Made by a program: the position numbers and the translations under genes
Virus record (IMG/VR): IMGVR_UViG_3300023179_000009
Coordinates: 62,001-126,000 of that record
DNA length: 64,000 nt
Strand: one strand, 5' to 3'
Part shown: positions 29,998 through 39,702 of the stretch, piece after piece
How positions within the stretch are numbered: position 1 is the stretch's first letter
Layout: each line of letters begins with the position of its first letter
The notes under the pieces: generated by a model
Told to the model about the DNA's origin: nothing
Seen by the model: only the letters and a program-made list of their open reading frames with translations
Databases searched by the model: none

Positions 29998-31026
29998 ATG
30001 GACAACATAATAAATTGTAAAAATAATAGACTTTTTGGCGTCGAAATAGAAGTAAACACAGCAGACGGCAGGATAAAAAAATTAAATAAAAATGAAATAC
30101 CACTTGGGGCAGACCGTGTTGCTTTGCTGATAAATAAAGCAATAAAAAAAAGAGTAGAGATACAAGGTTGGGATTATAATTTTCACAATAATTATTGGAT
30201 AGTAAAACCAGACTCTAGTTGCGGAATAGAAATATGCACTCCTGTGATGAGAGGCTGGAAGGATCTAAAAGATCTAATTCAGGTTGCCGAAAATTTATCC
30301 TTCAATAATATCAAGGCAGATCATAGATGTTCTTTGCACGTTCATGTGAACGTAGGAGATTTAGATAAAAATCAAATAGCTTCCATTATATCTTGGTATA
30401 TTAAATGCGAACATGTGATAATGGATGCTTTTCCTTTAATTAGAAAAAAAAATAGATACTGCCAGATGATAGCTGACAATGACTCTTTAAGCGTAAATTC
30501 TCCCTTAAATCCTTTTTTTCTTTTGGAAAAAATATCTAATATTAAATATTACACTTTAAATGCTTATCATTTTCTCAAGGGCGGAGGCTTTGATCTATTC
30601 AACAGTAGAAAAAAAACCTTAGAGTTTAGGTTGGGCGAAAACGAAATGTGTTTAGATGGACTAAGTATAAAAAATTGGGTAAGGTTTTTATTACATTTTG
30701 TAGACTGCACCAAAGACCTTGGACTGCCTAAAAAATATACAAAAAATGACAAACTAAGTGGTCTTTGTTTATTGGACCCAGATGACGTATTTAAAATATT
30801 AAAATTTGACAAACCTTGCTCAAAAGGGTTTGAGCAGATGAAACTTTGGTTTTTTGAAAGAATTTTAAAATTTTCTAGTGAAAATTCTAAACAAGGCGTG
30901 TGGTCAGAGTTGGCTAGAAAAAAATCTAGAAAAGAATCTTTAAATTTTTTTAATAATTTGAAAATTAAAAATAGTCAAAAACAAGACAGAAACATTTTGT
31001 TGTATCACGAAAACTATATCGAATAA
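29998..31026 (+). CDS. Putative amidoligase (COOH-NH2 ligase)
   Basis: FGVEIE, KPDSSCGIEICTP, CSLHVHV, TLEFRL; promoter TTGACT-N17-TAAATT at 29962. Confidence 0.8.
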   Translation: MDNIINCKNNRLFGVEIEVNTADGRIKKLNKNEIPLGADRVALLINKAIKKRVEIQGWDYNFHNNYWIVKPDSSCGIEICTPVMRGWKDLKDLIQVAENLSFNNIKADHRCSLHVHVNVGDLDKNQIASIISWYIKCEHVIMDAFPLIRKKNRYCQMIADNDSLSVNSPLNPFFLLEKISNIKYYTLNAYHFLKGGGFDLFNSRKKTLEFRLGENEMCLDGLSIKNWVRFLLHFVDCTKDLGLPKKYTKNDKLSGLCLLDPDDVFKILKFDKPCSKGFEQMKLWFFERILKFSSENSKQGVWSELARKKSRKESLNFFNNLKIKNSQKQDRNILLYHENYIE

Positions 31027-31042
31027 CAATACATATTGTGTA

Positions 31043-31489
31043 ATGTTAGATAATAATTTTCAAAAAAAAATTAAAGAAATGAAAGGGATGGCAAATATGC
31101 TTACCCCTCATACTTTTCCTAAAGTTTCTTTTAATCAAGAAAAGGAGGTGTTGCCTCTTAAACAAAGAAAAGCCATGGTTGACGGATATGATGTAGTGCT
31201 ATGCTACAGCAAGGCTGACTATAGTGATTATTTTTTAGAGTCTATTCAAGTTCAATCATGTTATGCTCCATTTTTGCCATTTTTTTTAGTTTGTAAAATT
31301 GGTCGAGCATTTCTTGGTCAAGATAATTTGTCTTATATAGAGTTTTTTCGAAACGGAAAAAAAGTTTATTGTTGGACGATTAAATCGAGAGATGGTCGGT
31401 CGCTTTTACCCGGCAGTAGATCAAAGCCGGGTAGTTATGAGGGTTTTACTTATAACATACTTGAGTCAGGATCGATTGATTTATTTTAA
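31043..31489 (+). CDS. Hypothetical protein
   Basis: 148-aa ORF. Confidence 0.65.
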   Translation: MLDNNFQKKIKEMKGMANMLTPHTFPKVSFNQEKEVLPLKQRKAMVDGYDVVLCYSKADYSDYFLESIQVQSCYAPFLPFFLVCKIGRAFLGQDNLSYIEFFRNGKKVYCWTIKSRDGRSLLPGSRSKPGSYEGFTYNILESGSIDLF

Positions 31490-31528
31490 AAAGTAAATTC
31501 TTTTTACAACATTAAAAAGAGGCAAACA

Positions 31529-31834
31529 ATGAGCGCAAAAACCAGGAAATTACAATATTTATTAATCAACCAATTGCTTGAAGAAGGCTCAGTTCAATTG
31601 ATTCTTCCAGATGGCGTCACTTTGGAAATTGATATTCTTCAAGAAGATAAAAACGGAGACATGAAAAAAACTGATAATTATTGCAGTATTGTTGCTTCCA
31701 GACAAGGAAAAAAGGCTATATTGGATTCTTTTAATTTAAGTTTGCAATATGAACAGGATGATGATATTATGGTTTTCGAACATGAGACTTGTGATCTTAA
31801 CGGTCGCATAGTTAAGAGTTTTGATGTTGTTTAA
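31529..31834 (+). CDS. Hypothetical protein
   Basis: 101-aa ORF, SD GAGG. Confidence 0.65.
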   Translation: MSAKTRKLQYLLINQLLEEGSVQLILPDGVTLEIDILQEDKNGDMKKTDNYCSIVASRQGKKAILDSFNLSLQYEQDDDIMVFEHETCDLNGRIVKSFDVV

Positions 31835-32183
31835 GAATTTTAGGTTTAAAAAAAGTTCCAAAAATATTTCTTAAATAAACATCGCCGTTTGAACTAATTA
31901 GATAGATATTTGTGCCAATTACAACGCCATTTTCTTTGGGAACAGAGTATTCTGCCCATAGTTCGAAATTGTAATTGTCAATTTGTTTGTCTAAAATTAA
32001 GAATTTAGTTAAGGTAATCTTAACACACTTAGGAGGTAAATCTTCTTGTTTTATTTCTTTAAATGTGTTATCACGTACATCTTCCATGATCTTTTTCATT
32101 AATCCTAAATGATCTAGAAAAGTGGATGATTGTTTTAAAAAGAGTTCTTCTAGTTTTTCTTTTTCAAATATCTTTTTTTTCAT
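31812..32183 (-). CDS. Hypothetical protein
   Basis: 123-aa ORF. Confidence 0.6.
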   Translation of the reverse strand: MKKKIFEKEKLEELFLKQSSTFLDHLGLMKKIMEDVRDNTFKEIKQEDLPPKCVKITLTKFLILDKQIDNYNFELWAEYSVPKENGVVIGTNIYLISSNGDVYLRNIFGTFFKPKILKQHQNS

Positions 32184-32193
32184 GAGGTTCTAA

Positions 32194-32457
32194 ATGAACA
32201 AAGAGCAAAAGAGTGTAATAATAGAGTATGTTTCTTCACTTTCAAATGAAGATGTTTCTTTTTTATCCACAAGACTCACGGAGAAACTCTCCGGAGATGT
32301 CGCTGGATCCTTGGATTTGATCTCCAAAGATTTAAAAATGGATAAACTTTTTTCAAACACAGACTCAGCAGAGGAGTTGTTTGGTCTTCTCGACTCTGTT
32401 AGAGATGTTGTCAACAAAGAGAATAAAAAAAGAGAAAACACTGCTGTAGCAAACTAA
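32194..32457 (+). CDS. Hypothetical protein
   Basis: 87-aa ORF followed by terminator. Confidence 0.65.
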   Translation: MNKEQKSVIIEYVSSLSNEDVSFLSTRLTEKLSGDVAGSLDLISKDLKMDKLFSNTDSAEELFGLLDSVRDVVNKENKKRENTAVAN

Positions 32458-32479
32458 TTATTTATTTTGGGTGTGGGGG

Positions 32480-32514
32480 AGAGGGGATGGAATTAATTCC
32501 ATCCCCTCTTTTTT
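32480..32514 (+). terminator. Intrinsic terminator
   Basis: 14-bp inverted repeat AGAGGGGATGGAAT/ATTCCATCCCCTCT plus T tract. Confidence 0.8.
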
Positions 32515-32530
32515 CTTAGGAGATAAAAAT

Positions 32531-34585
32531 ATGCCTCAAGTTATAAAAATTTCAGACACAAATGATTTAGTTGAAACAAAAGAATACGAATATGCAAATT
32601 GGTCTTTTGATAAATTTAATCCGGTTCAAAGTAGTTTGTTTAAAATATTTAAACAAAACAGCAACGTGGTGATAGCCGCAGCCACAAGTGCAGGAAAAAC
32701 TATATGTGGAGAAATATTTTTGGCCTATGGAATAAGACAATTAAAAGGCAAAGGAATTTATGTCGGTCCATTAAAGTCTTTGGCCAAAGAAAAAGAAGAA
32801 GACTGGACAAACGAAGATCATCATTTTAGAGATTTGAAAACCTTTATCGCAACAGGCGATTTTGGGTTTTCAAAAAAAAGAATGAATGAGTTAGATGAAT
32901 CCAGTTTGATTGTGATGACCCCTGAAATGTTGGCTTCAAGGTGCAGAAATCATAAAAGTGAAAAAAGCAAATTTTTATATGAAACCAATGTTATTGTTTT
33001 TGATGAAAGTCATCTTCTCACCGTTCCATCTCGTGGCGATCATATTGAAGTTGCTTTAATGAAACTTATGGAAATTAATCCAAACATAAAACTTATACTC
33101 TTATCGGCCACCATGCCAAATGTGGACGAAATATGTGGTTGGCTAAGCAAGATAACAAATAGAGATACTTATTACTTGGAGTCCGATTATAGGCCCTGTC
33201 CTTTAAATGTTCATTATGAAACTTATTATGATGGAGATAAAAATTATGAAGATAAAGAAATTCAGAAAATTGGAACTTCTTGTGCTATAGCCGAGTATTA
33301 CTCAGAGGATAAATTTTTAATTTTTGTTCACACAAAAAGAACAGGTCAGCTAATGGTTGATTCTTTGTTAAAGTATGGAATTAAATCTGAATTTCACAAT
33401 GCGGATTTAGATGCAAAGAAGAGATTTGACTTAGAAAAAAGGTTTAAGAACGATAAAGATTTTCGTGTTTTGGTATCCACTTCGACGCTTGCTTGGGGAA
33501 TGAACTTGCCAGCTAGGCGTGTTATAGTTGCTGGTGTTCATCGTGGTCTCATCGAAGTAGAAAATTATGATATTCAACAAATGATTGGCAGGGCTGGTCG
33601 TCCCAAGTTCGATCCTCGTGGAGATGCTTATATTCTTGTTCCTGAATCAGAGAAGGATCGATGGATTTCAAAATTAAAGAATAAATCAATTATTAAAAGT
33701 ACTTTATTAGATTTTGTTGGAGATTCAAGCAATCCTCATTATAAAACTTTAGCTTTTCATATAGTTTCGGAAATTCACCAGGGAAACGTTAAAACAAAAG
33801 AAGGTTTTAGAGAATGGTTTAAAAATAGTTTTGCTTATTATCAAAATATTAATTTTGATGAAGATATTATTGATAGAACTATTTTTTTATTAGAACAATG
33901 TGGTGCTATTAAAAAAGAAGAAGACGAGTACAGATGTACTGCGGTTGGTAAAATTGCTAGTATTTTGTATTTTTCTCCTTTTGATGTAAGTGATTTAAGA
34001 AGAAATTTCAATAATGTTTTCAAAAACAATTACCAAGAAAACGATCACATGGTATCTTTGGCTTTAGGCAATATTGATTCTTATAGGTGGTCGATTTGCA
34101 ATAAACAAGAAAAAGAATCTATTTTTCAATATAAAATTCAAATAGATAAAATTATTGGCAAAGATAAAGTCCCAGACTCTGTTTGCAAGATAGGCTGCGC
34201 TTATCACAATATGTTAAAAGGAAGAAGAGACAACCCAGTCCTTCAATCATTGTTCGGATCCTTATCTTCGGACCTTGATAGAACTTTTCAAGTTTTAAAT
34301 TATTTGGATAATATGTCTTGCAAGTGGGATAAAGTTAATTATTTTAAAATATTGAATATGAGAATTAGATACGGAGTTGAGTCTCATTTAGTAGATCTTT
34401 GTAGAATACCAAATATAGGGGCAGTTAGGGCCAAAAAATTAAAATTAAAAAATATTAATAAATTAGAAGATTTTATAAAATATGATATAAAAACACTAAG
34501 TAAAATAACTGGATGTAGCGAAAAGATAATACAAGAATCTCTTTCGGCAGCTAAAGAGATACACACCAACGATCAAATAACTTAA
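32531..34585 (+). CDS. Ski2-like (Hel308-type) SF2 helicase with C-terminal HhH
   Basis: AATSAGKT, DESH, LSAT, STLAWGMNLPA, QMIGRAGRP, IPNIGAVRA; SD AGGAG. Confidence 0.88.
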   Translation: MPQVIKISDTNDLVETKEYEYANWSFDKFNPVQSSLFKIFKQNSNVVIAAATSAGKTICGEIFLAYGIRQLKGKGIYVGPLKSLAKEKEEDWTNEDHHFRDLKTFIATGDFGFSKKRMNELDESSLIVMTPEMLASRCRNHKSEKSKFLYETNVIVFDESHLLTVPSRGDHIEVALMKLMEINPNIKLILLSATMPNVDEICGWLSKITNRDTYYLESDYRPCPLNVHYETYYDGDKNYEDKEIQKIGTSCAIAEYYSEDKFLIFVHTKRTGQLMVDSLLKYGIKSEFHNADLDAKKRFDLEKRFKNDKDFRVLVSTSTLAWGMNLPARRVIVAGVHRGLIEVENYDIQQMIGRAGRPKFDPRGDAYILVPESEKDRWISKLKNKSIIKSTLLDFVGDSSNPHYKTLAFHIVSEIHQGNVKTKEGFREWFKNSFAYYQNINFDEDIIDRTIFLLEQCGAIKKEEDEYRCTAVGKIASILYFSPFDVSDLRRNFNNVFKNNYQENDHMVSLALGNIDSYRWSICNKQEKESIFQYKIQIDKIIGKDKVPDSVCKIGCAYHNMLKGRRDNPVLQSLFGSLSSDLDRTFQVLNYLDNMSCKWDKVNYFKILNMRIRYGVESHLVDLCRIPNIGAVRAKKLKLKNINKLEDFIKYDIKTLSKITGCSEKIIQESLSAAKEIHTNDQIT

Positions 34586-34881
34586 TTTTCTTTTCCAAAA
34601 AAACCCTCAGGATATTCCATCTTAACGGTGCCGCTCCCGTTTGTTTTTTCTCCTTTTTCGTTTTCTACCCAAAATTTAACTTCCCGTACCTCCGTTGAAA
34701 ATCTGTCCTTTTGATTTAATATTGGATCAAAAAATTCTTCTTCGAAAAAGCAAAAATCTTCGGCAGATACCGGTAATTTTTTTCTTTCTCCTTCAAATAA
34801 AATTACAATCGAACACTCGTTTTTATTTTCATCAAACAATTTACAATTTCCACAAATTTTTTCTATTTTTTTAGTTTTCAT
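34582..34881 (-). CDS. Hypothetical Cys-containing protein
   Basis: CGNC...C...C. Confidence 0.6.
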   Translation of the reverse strand: MKTKKIEKICGNCKLFDENKNECSIVILFEGERKKLPVSAEDFCFFEEEFFDPILNQKDRFSTEVREVKFWVENEKGEKTNGSGTVKMEYPEGFFGKEN

Positions 34882-34955
34882 AAAAACTTTTTTTTGTTAC
34901 AATCTGTCTGAGATTAGAATAATTTAGTATTTATCAACTCTTTTTGGAATCAGAT

Positions 34956-35618
34956 ATGAAAATCATAGGAATAGCTGGGCAAGCACAAAACGGCAAAGAT
35001 TCGATAGCCGATAGGTTAGCTCTTAAACTAAATTCTTCTCCAAAAAATTGGCAAAGAATGGCATTCGCCTCGGCCGTTAAAAAAGTTTTTTGCGAAACAT
35101 TTAATGTTGATTTAGAATTTATCGAGAAATGGAAAACCATCTCAGAGAACCCTCCCGGTTTCGACTGCACTGTTCGACAAGCTTTGCAATTTATTGGAGA
35201 CGGATTCAGAAAAATTAAATCTAGTGTTTGGCTGGATTTGGCTTTTAGAGATAAGCATGTCTCCACTATTGTATCGGATGTGAGATATGTTAATGAATTT
35301 TCTAGAATAAAAAATGAGGGCGGGTTGAACATATTGGTGGCTAGACCGGATAAAATAAATTATGACTCTAATGACTCCGAGGCTCAAATTCGCCCATACT
35401 CTAATTACCTGTTGTCTAGATTTAGAAATGATAAATCTGGCGTTATTAATTTGAATAACATAGATTGGGCGGAGTCCCGAAAATTAGTTTTTCAACCACC
35501 AGAACACATTGAAATGTTTGATTTGTTTGTTTGCAATTGTGGAACAAAAGATGATCTTTATAATTTAGTGGATCATCACATAGTCCCCTTTTGTGAAAAT
35601 TTCGTTTTTAAAAATTAA
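34956..35618 (+). CDS. Deoxynucleoside monophosphate kinase (T4 gp1-like)
   Basis: IIGIAGQAQNGKDS, RQALQFIG, IVSDVRYVNE. Confidence 0.85.
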   Translation: MKIIGIAGQAQNGKDSIADRLALKLNSSPKNWQRMAFASAVKKVFCETFNVDLEFIEKWKTISENPPGFDCTVRQALQFIGDGFRKIKSSVWLDLAFRDKHVSTIVSDVRYVNEFSRIKNEGGLNILVARPDKINYDSNDSEAQIRPYSNYLLSRFRNDKSGVINLNNIDWAESRKLVFQPPEHIEMFDLFVCNCGTKDDLYNLVDHHIVPFCENFVFKN

Positions 35619-35626
35619 GGAACTTT

Positions 35627-36232
35627 ATGCCATACATTAAACTTAGTGATCGTAATAAATTTGCAAAACCCATCTCAGAAGTTTTAGGAGTATTATCGGA
35701 CAACACCGATAATTTTTATACCAAAGGTGAATATTTTGCGTATTTTGTAAATCGTTGTGTTAAAAGATTCTTGTCCGACCCTGAATATGTTCAAAATTCT
35801 TTCAACTCTGCTTTTTTCAATGAATCCAAGAAAAAATCTTTATCAAATGCCGCTGATAGTATAGCGGCATTGATCAATAGATCTGATCCCATAGCGGGTG
35901 CTGGTGATTTAAATTACGCCATCTCCTCTGTCATGTGGGGGTTTTTAGGTGAAGCCAAAGGCTTTCATAAAATAGGTTATGGGATAAGAGCCTATTTAGA
36001 TGGTATTTTAGAAAAGATCAAAGAGTCTGTTGAGACTGTTAATAATGGTTCCCAAAAAGATTCAACCATGGCTTTTCGTCGTCATTTAGTTATAAAAGGT
36101 ATTTTGAGCCACATAATGAAAGAAACTTATCGACTCAAAACAGTTCCTTATGAGCAAGGAAAAATTGAAGAAAATGGTGACGTTTGGGTTGATGGTAGTT
36201 TGAACATCGACAGCACACCAGTTAGTGAGTGA
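35627..36232 (+). CDS. Hypothetical protein (MPYIK / GDLNY motifs)
   Basis: 201-aa ORF, SD AAGGA. Confidence 0.65.
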   Translation: MPYIKLSDRNKFAKPISEVLGVLSDNTDNFYTKGEYFAYFVNRCVKRFLSDPEYVQNSFNSAFFNESKKKSLSNAADSIAALINRSDPIAGAGDLNYAISSVMWGFLGEAKGFHKIGYGIRAYLDGILEKIKESVETVNNGSQKDSTMAFRRHLVIKGILSHIMKETYRLKTVPYEQGKIEENGDVWVDGSLNIDSTPVSE

Positions 36233-36620
36233 AATTATGTCAGGGATCATAAAGCCTTTAGACATGAAATATGTTCCCAAACGTTGGGGTTGGGAATTAT
36301 GGATATGTAATAATGAAAAATATTGTGGTAAAAAACTTTTCATAAAACAAGGTCATCATCTTAGTTTTCACAAACATGGAGTAAAGGACGAGGTATTATT
36401 TTGTGAATCTGGTCGGATTGTTTTTACCCATAACTTAAATGAAGAAATTGAATCGATTGAAATGACTCCAGGTTACGCTTTTCATGTGCCTCCTGGAGTT
36501 ACACATCAAATGCAAGCACTTGAAGATACAATGTTGATTGAATTTTCAACTCAGCACTTTGACGAAGATAGTTACAGAGACACCACTGATTTAGTTTTAG
36601 GCAAGAAAGTAAATTTGTAA
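36225..36620 (+). CDS. Cupin, sugar-isomerase-like
   Basis: KRWGWE, SFHKH..KDE, HVPPG.THQ. Confidence 0.8.
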   Translation: MSEIMSGIIKPLDMKYVPKRWGWELWICNNEKYCGKKLFIKQGHHLSFHKHGVKDEVLFCESGRIVFTHNLNEEIESIEMTPGYAFHVPPGVTHQMQALEDTMLIEFSTQHFDEDSYRDTTDLVLGKKVNL

Positions 36621-36621
36621 G

Positions 36622-36915
36622 ATGTCTGACACAGAAAAATTAATTAAAGATTCATATTATATTAATTCTAATATGATTGAGTTTTTGATAATAGAAAATC
36701 TTGCTTTAAAATCTTTACTTCACGAAAAAGGAATAGTGGATCCCGAAGAGTACAAGAAACACCAAACACAAGCTGCCCAATTAGTAGAAAGGCGTGTAAG
36801 TGAGCAAATAGAACAATGTAAGAAAAATAACTCAAAAATTTTTGATGTTTTAAATAATTTGGGTGAAAAATCTAATCATCTGATCCATTCAAAAAACGAA
36901 CCTGTTGTTTCTTGA
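36622..36915 (+). CDS. Hypothetical protein
   Basis: 97-aa ORF. Confidence 0.6.
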   Translation: MSDTEKLIKDSYYINSNMIEFLIIENLALKSLLHEKGIVDPEEYKKHQTQAAQLVERRVSEQIEQCKKNNSKIFDVLNNLGEKSNHLIHSKNEPVVS

Positions 36916-37573
36916 TTTTAGTTTTTAATTTACCTAACCCCACCTCGGTCAGCACAACAAAATTCCATCCTAAATTTGTGCAAAAGTTATTTGCTGCAAC
37001 CCATTTGCATTTGTTTTGTTCGTAATTTGTTTGGTTTGCTGGTTTTATTTCCCAAATTTCTATTGAATTGTCAATAAATGTTACTTTTAAATCGGGTATG
37101 TAGTTGTGCCATTTTCCTTTAAAAAAATATGGTATTTTTATATCTTCATATTTAAAGTTAGTCACATCTATGTCCGATTCTAAACACTCAAAAAACTCAC
37201 ACTCCATACCTGATTTATATTCAAAGTCTCTTGAACATTTTTTGGAAGAAAAGGTACCTTGTCTAAATGAAGGTTTCCTTGTTTTTTTTCTTTCTTTTTT
37301 TCCATTCGGCCCAGTTTTAAAATCATGCCACACAGCAACCCTTGTTTGTGTATTTTTTGGCATTACCCTTGATGGGTGTTTTGCTTTATAGTGGGTTTTT
37401 AAACAACGAACTGGTGATTTGCAGTCTGGGCATATGAGGTATTCACGACCTTCATCGTGGTTAGATACAATGTGTTCTTTGTATTCTTCATAATTTTCAT
37501 AATTTTTGCCACAAACAAAACATTGATATCTTCTTGTTTTTGGTTGTCCAGCGTCTTCAAATAGCAAGGGCAT
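36872..37573 (-). CDS. C2H2 zinc-finger plus TnsA-N-like PD-(D/E)xK endonuclease
   Basis: CFVC..H..H and CPDC..H...H; YKSGME, YIPD, WEIKP. Confidence 0.75.
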   Translation of the reverse strand: MPLLFEDAGQPKTRRYQCFVCGKNYENYEEYKEHIVSNHDEGREYLICPDCKSPVRCLKTHYKAKHPSRVMPKNTQTRVAVWHDFKTGPNGKKERKKTRKPSFRQGTFSSKKCSRDFEYKSGMECEFFECLESDIDVTNFKYEDIKIPYFFKGKWHNYIPDLKVTFIDNSIEIWEIKPANQTNYEQNKCKWVAANNFCTNLGWNFVVLTEVGLGKLKTKIKKQQVRFLNGSDD

Positions 37574-37581
37574 CCTCTCTC

Positions 37582-37974
37582 CTAGGTTCTGCAATCCGTA
37601 ATTTTTTGCACAAACTGTATTGTTTCTTTGAGTTTTTTGTCCATTTCTAGAACTAAAATTTCTACTATTTCATAAAGTTCTTTTACTACGCTTTCTCGAT
37701 TTGTGTGGGTAAGAGGTCCGTCGTTTATCATTATATAAGAAACTGAGTCTTTTTTAATGTCTAATGTATATTTGTAAGTTAAATTTCCCACTTGTATCTT
37801 TGTTATAAATAAATCCCATGTCACATTGGGACTTACCGAAACATCAAGTTCGGTAGATTTGAATTGCGTTCCTCCAAGGTGGCTCCAAGCTAAACCACAA
37901 CTTTTTGTTTTTTCTACTATTTCTCTTACTAAAGCTTCGTTGTAGAGATCCTGTAATTCTAAAATCGATGGCAT
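37582..37974 (-). CDS. Stand-alone copy of the shared N-terminal domain
   Basis: EIVEKTKSCGLAW...YTLDIKKD..Y...VKELY. Confidence 0.65.
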   Translation of the reverse strand: MPSILELQDLYNEALVREIVEKTKSCGLAWSHLGGTQFKSTELDVSVSPNVTWDLFITKIQVGNLTYKYTLDIKKDSVSYIMINDGPLTHTNRESVVKELYEIVEILVLEMDKKLKETIQFVQKITDCRT

Positions 37975-37983
37975 AGTTTTCTC

Positions 37984-38439
37984 CTAATCCTCGTCGGTAC
38001 GGTTAAGGCTTGTTTTTTTATCTTTGTTTTTATTGCTCAATATTTCAATGTTGTTTTTTTCTTTTTCTTTGTTAAAAAAATTATCTTTTAAATTTTCTAT
38101 TAGTTCTTCTTCTTCTACAACTTTTATTTTTTTAATGTCTTTTTTCCCTAGTATGTTTTTGCTTGGTTCTCCCTTCACCATCCGGCTCAGATTACAAACA
38201 GTGAATGTGGCTTCTTCGTCCCAACCTTTTGGTAAATCTTCATCGTTATTTTTAATTTTTGCAAATATAATTCTTCCTTCTTCGTTTGTACCAAAATATT
38301 CCTGATCTTTTTTAAAAAACAAAATTAAACCATTGTCGTTTATTATCTGTTTAATTCTGTTTTCTTCTTCTTGCTCCAATAAGCACAGATCCCAAATATC
38401 CATTAAACTTCTGAATTTAGAAAAACCAATTGATTCCAA
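37984..38439 (-). CDS. Hypothetical protein
   Basis: 151-aa ORF. Confidence 0.6.
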   Translation of the reverse strand: MESIGFSKFRSLMDIWDLCLLEQEEENRIKQIINDNGLILFFKKDQEYFGTNEEGRIIFAKIKNNDEDLPKGWDEEATFTVCNLSRMVKGEPSKNILGKKDIKKIKVVEEEELIENLKDNFFNKEKEKNNIEILSNKNKDKKTSLNRTDED

Positions 38440-38480
38440 TTTTGCCTCTATTATAAGTATCCTGATACTATATAGACTAT

Positions 38481-38966
38481 ATGTTGCGTAGTTTTAAAGA
38501 ATTTGTGTTGTCTCAAAAAAATGCTCAATTCAAAGAGCAAGATGCCGCTCCATCAATTGGAGCCGCTCCGGAAACTCCTTTAAATCCCAAAAACTCCACA
38601 ACAAATAAGCATTTTTTTTCTTCGTTAAAAAGACAAATGGGTATGGATAATGATGGTTTGCGTGCTACTTTGGAAGGAGATGCCGTTACAATTTTTCAAG
38701 TTCCCGATTATTCTAAAAAATGGGGATTTTTGGTGGCTGGTCCATGTCCAGCGGTTTTATCTCAAAGAAAAGACGGAAATTATGACATTACTTATTTGTT
38801 AACTCAAAAACAATTATTAAACCCAGAATCTTTTATTTTGTCCTACAAAGCAGGTGACGACATAAACACCTACACTGGAAAAATTGAAGATAAAACAGAG
38901 ATAATAGACTCTGAAAGTTTACAAGACATACTTACAAAACCTTTTTCTTCTTTATCGCCAACATGA
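38481..38966 (+). CDS. Hypothetical, capsid-targeting-like N-terminus
   Basis: MLRSFKEFV. Confidence 0.7.
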   Translation: MLRSFKEFVLSQKNAQFKEQDAAPSIGAAPETPLNPKNSTTNKHFFSSLKRQMGMDNDGLRATLEGDAVTIFQVPDYSKKWGFLVAGPCPAVLSQRKDGNYDITYLLTQKQLLNPESFILSYKAGDDINTYTGKIEDKTEIIDSESLQDILTKPFSSLSPT

Positions 38967-39121
38967 AATTCAAAAAATGGCTAGAAATGACTGACACATC
39001 AAGTGTTGCTGGTTTTTCCAGAAGAGTGGGCTTTGGAAGGCGATGGTGGGTTTCCGATTGGGAACAAAAATTACTAAATTCTCAAAAAAATCAAAAATCA
39101 AAAATTAACAAATCTAAATAA
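38963..39121 (+). CDS. 52-aa protein, capsid-targeting-like N-terminus (not in ORF track)
   Basis: MKFKKWLEMTDTSSVAGFSRRVGFG...; ATGA overlap with upstream stop. Confidence 0.6.
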   Translation: MKFKKWLEMTDTSSVAGFSRRVGFGRRWWVSDWEQKLLNSQKNQKSKINKSK

Positions 39122-39147
39122 AGTTCGACTCTAAAGCTGGAGGCTTT

Positions 39148-39369
39148 ATGAACGCTTTCTTAGAAGGATTAAATTTAAATCAACTAAAAGGTTTTTTAGT
39201 TGGCAAAGAAATACTTATTGATAGTGAATATTTGAATTTTTTAGTCGATAACCAGACCGACGACTGTTCTCGCATTTGGGCAAACAGCATTTTGATAATT
39301 CTGTTGAAAGAAAAACAAAATATTCTTAAGATCAATTATGTCAAACCAGATCTTGATTTTGGATCATGA
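39148..39369 (+). CDS. Hypothetical protein
   Basis: 73 aa, SD GGAGG. Confidence 0.55.
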   Translation: MNAFLEGLNLNQLKGFLVGKEILIDSEYLNFLVDNQTDDCSRIWANSILIILLKEKQNILKINYVKPDLDFGS

Positions 39370-39701
39370 ATTCCCTCTCCTAAATTTAAATCTTTTTCTA
39401 CATTGTTTTTACCATATGGATTTGATCCCATGTGTGACAAGGCTTCGGCCATTTCTCTCTCTTTTTTAACTTTTGGTATATTGTGTTTAAATCGATAATC
39501 ATGACCAGTAGACGAACTATTCCACCGATCTGTTCCCACTGGATTAGAAAAACTAAAATTACTACTAGTGGCTAATTTTAGTTTTTCTTTAGATCCGCAA
39601 AAAGGACACTCAACAGACGGGTATATGTTTTCTTCGTCGTAATTACTTAATTCATCAAATTCTTTTTTGCATTTTTTGCATTCAAATTTATAAATTGGCA
39701 T
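39336..39701 (-). CDS. FmdB-family zinc-ribbon protein
   Basis: MPIYKFECKKC...CPFCGS. Confidence 0.85.
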   Translation of the reverse strand: MPIYKFECKKCKKEFDELSNYDEENIYPSVECPFCGSKEKLKLATSSNFSFSNPVGTDRWNSSSTGHDYRFKHNIPKVKKEREMAEALSHMGSNPYGKNNVEKDLNLGEGIHDPKSRSGLT

Positions 39702-39702
39702 T

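Noticed and set aside
36872-37573. Tn7-like transposon
   Set aside because: No TnsB/C/D or terminal repeats in the window
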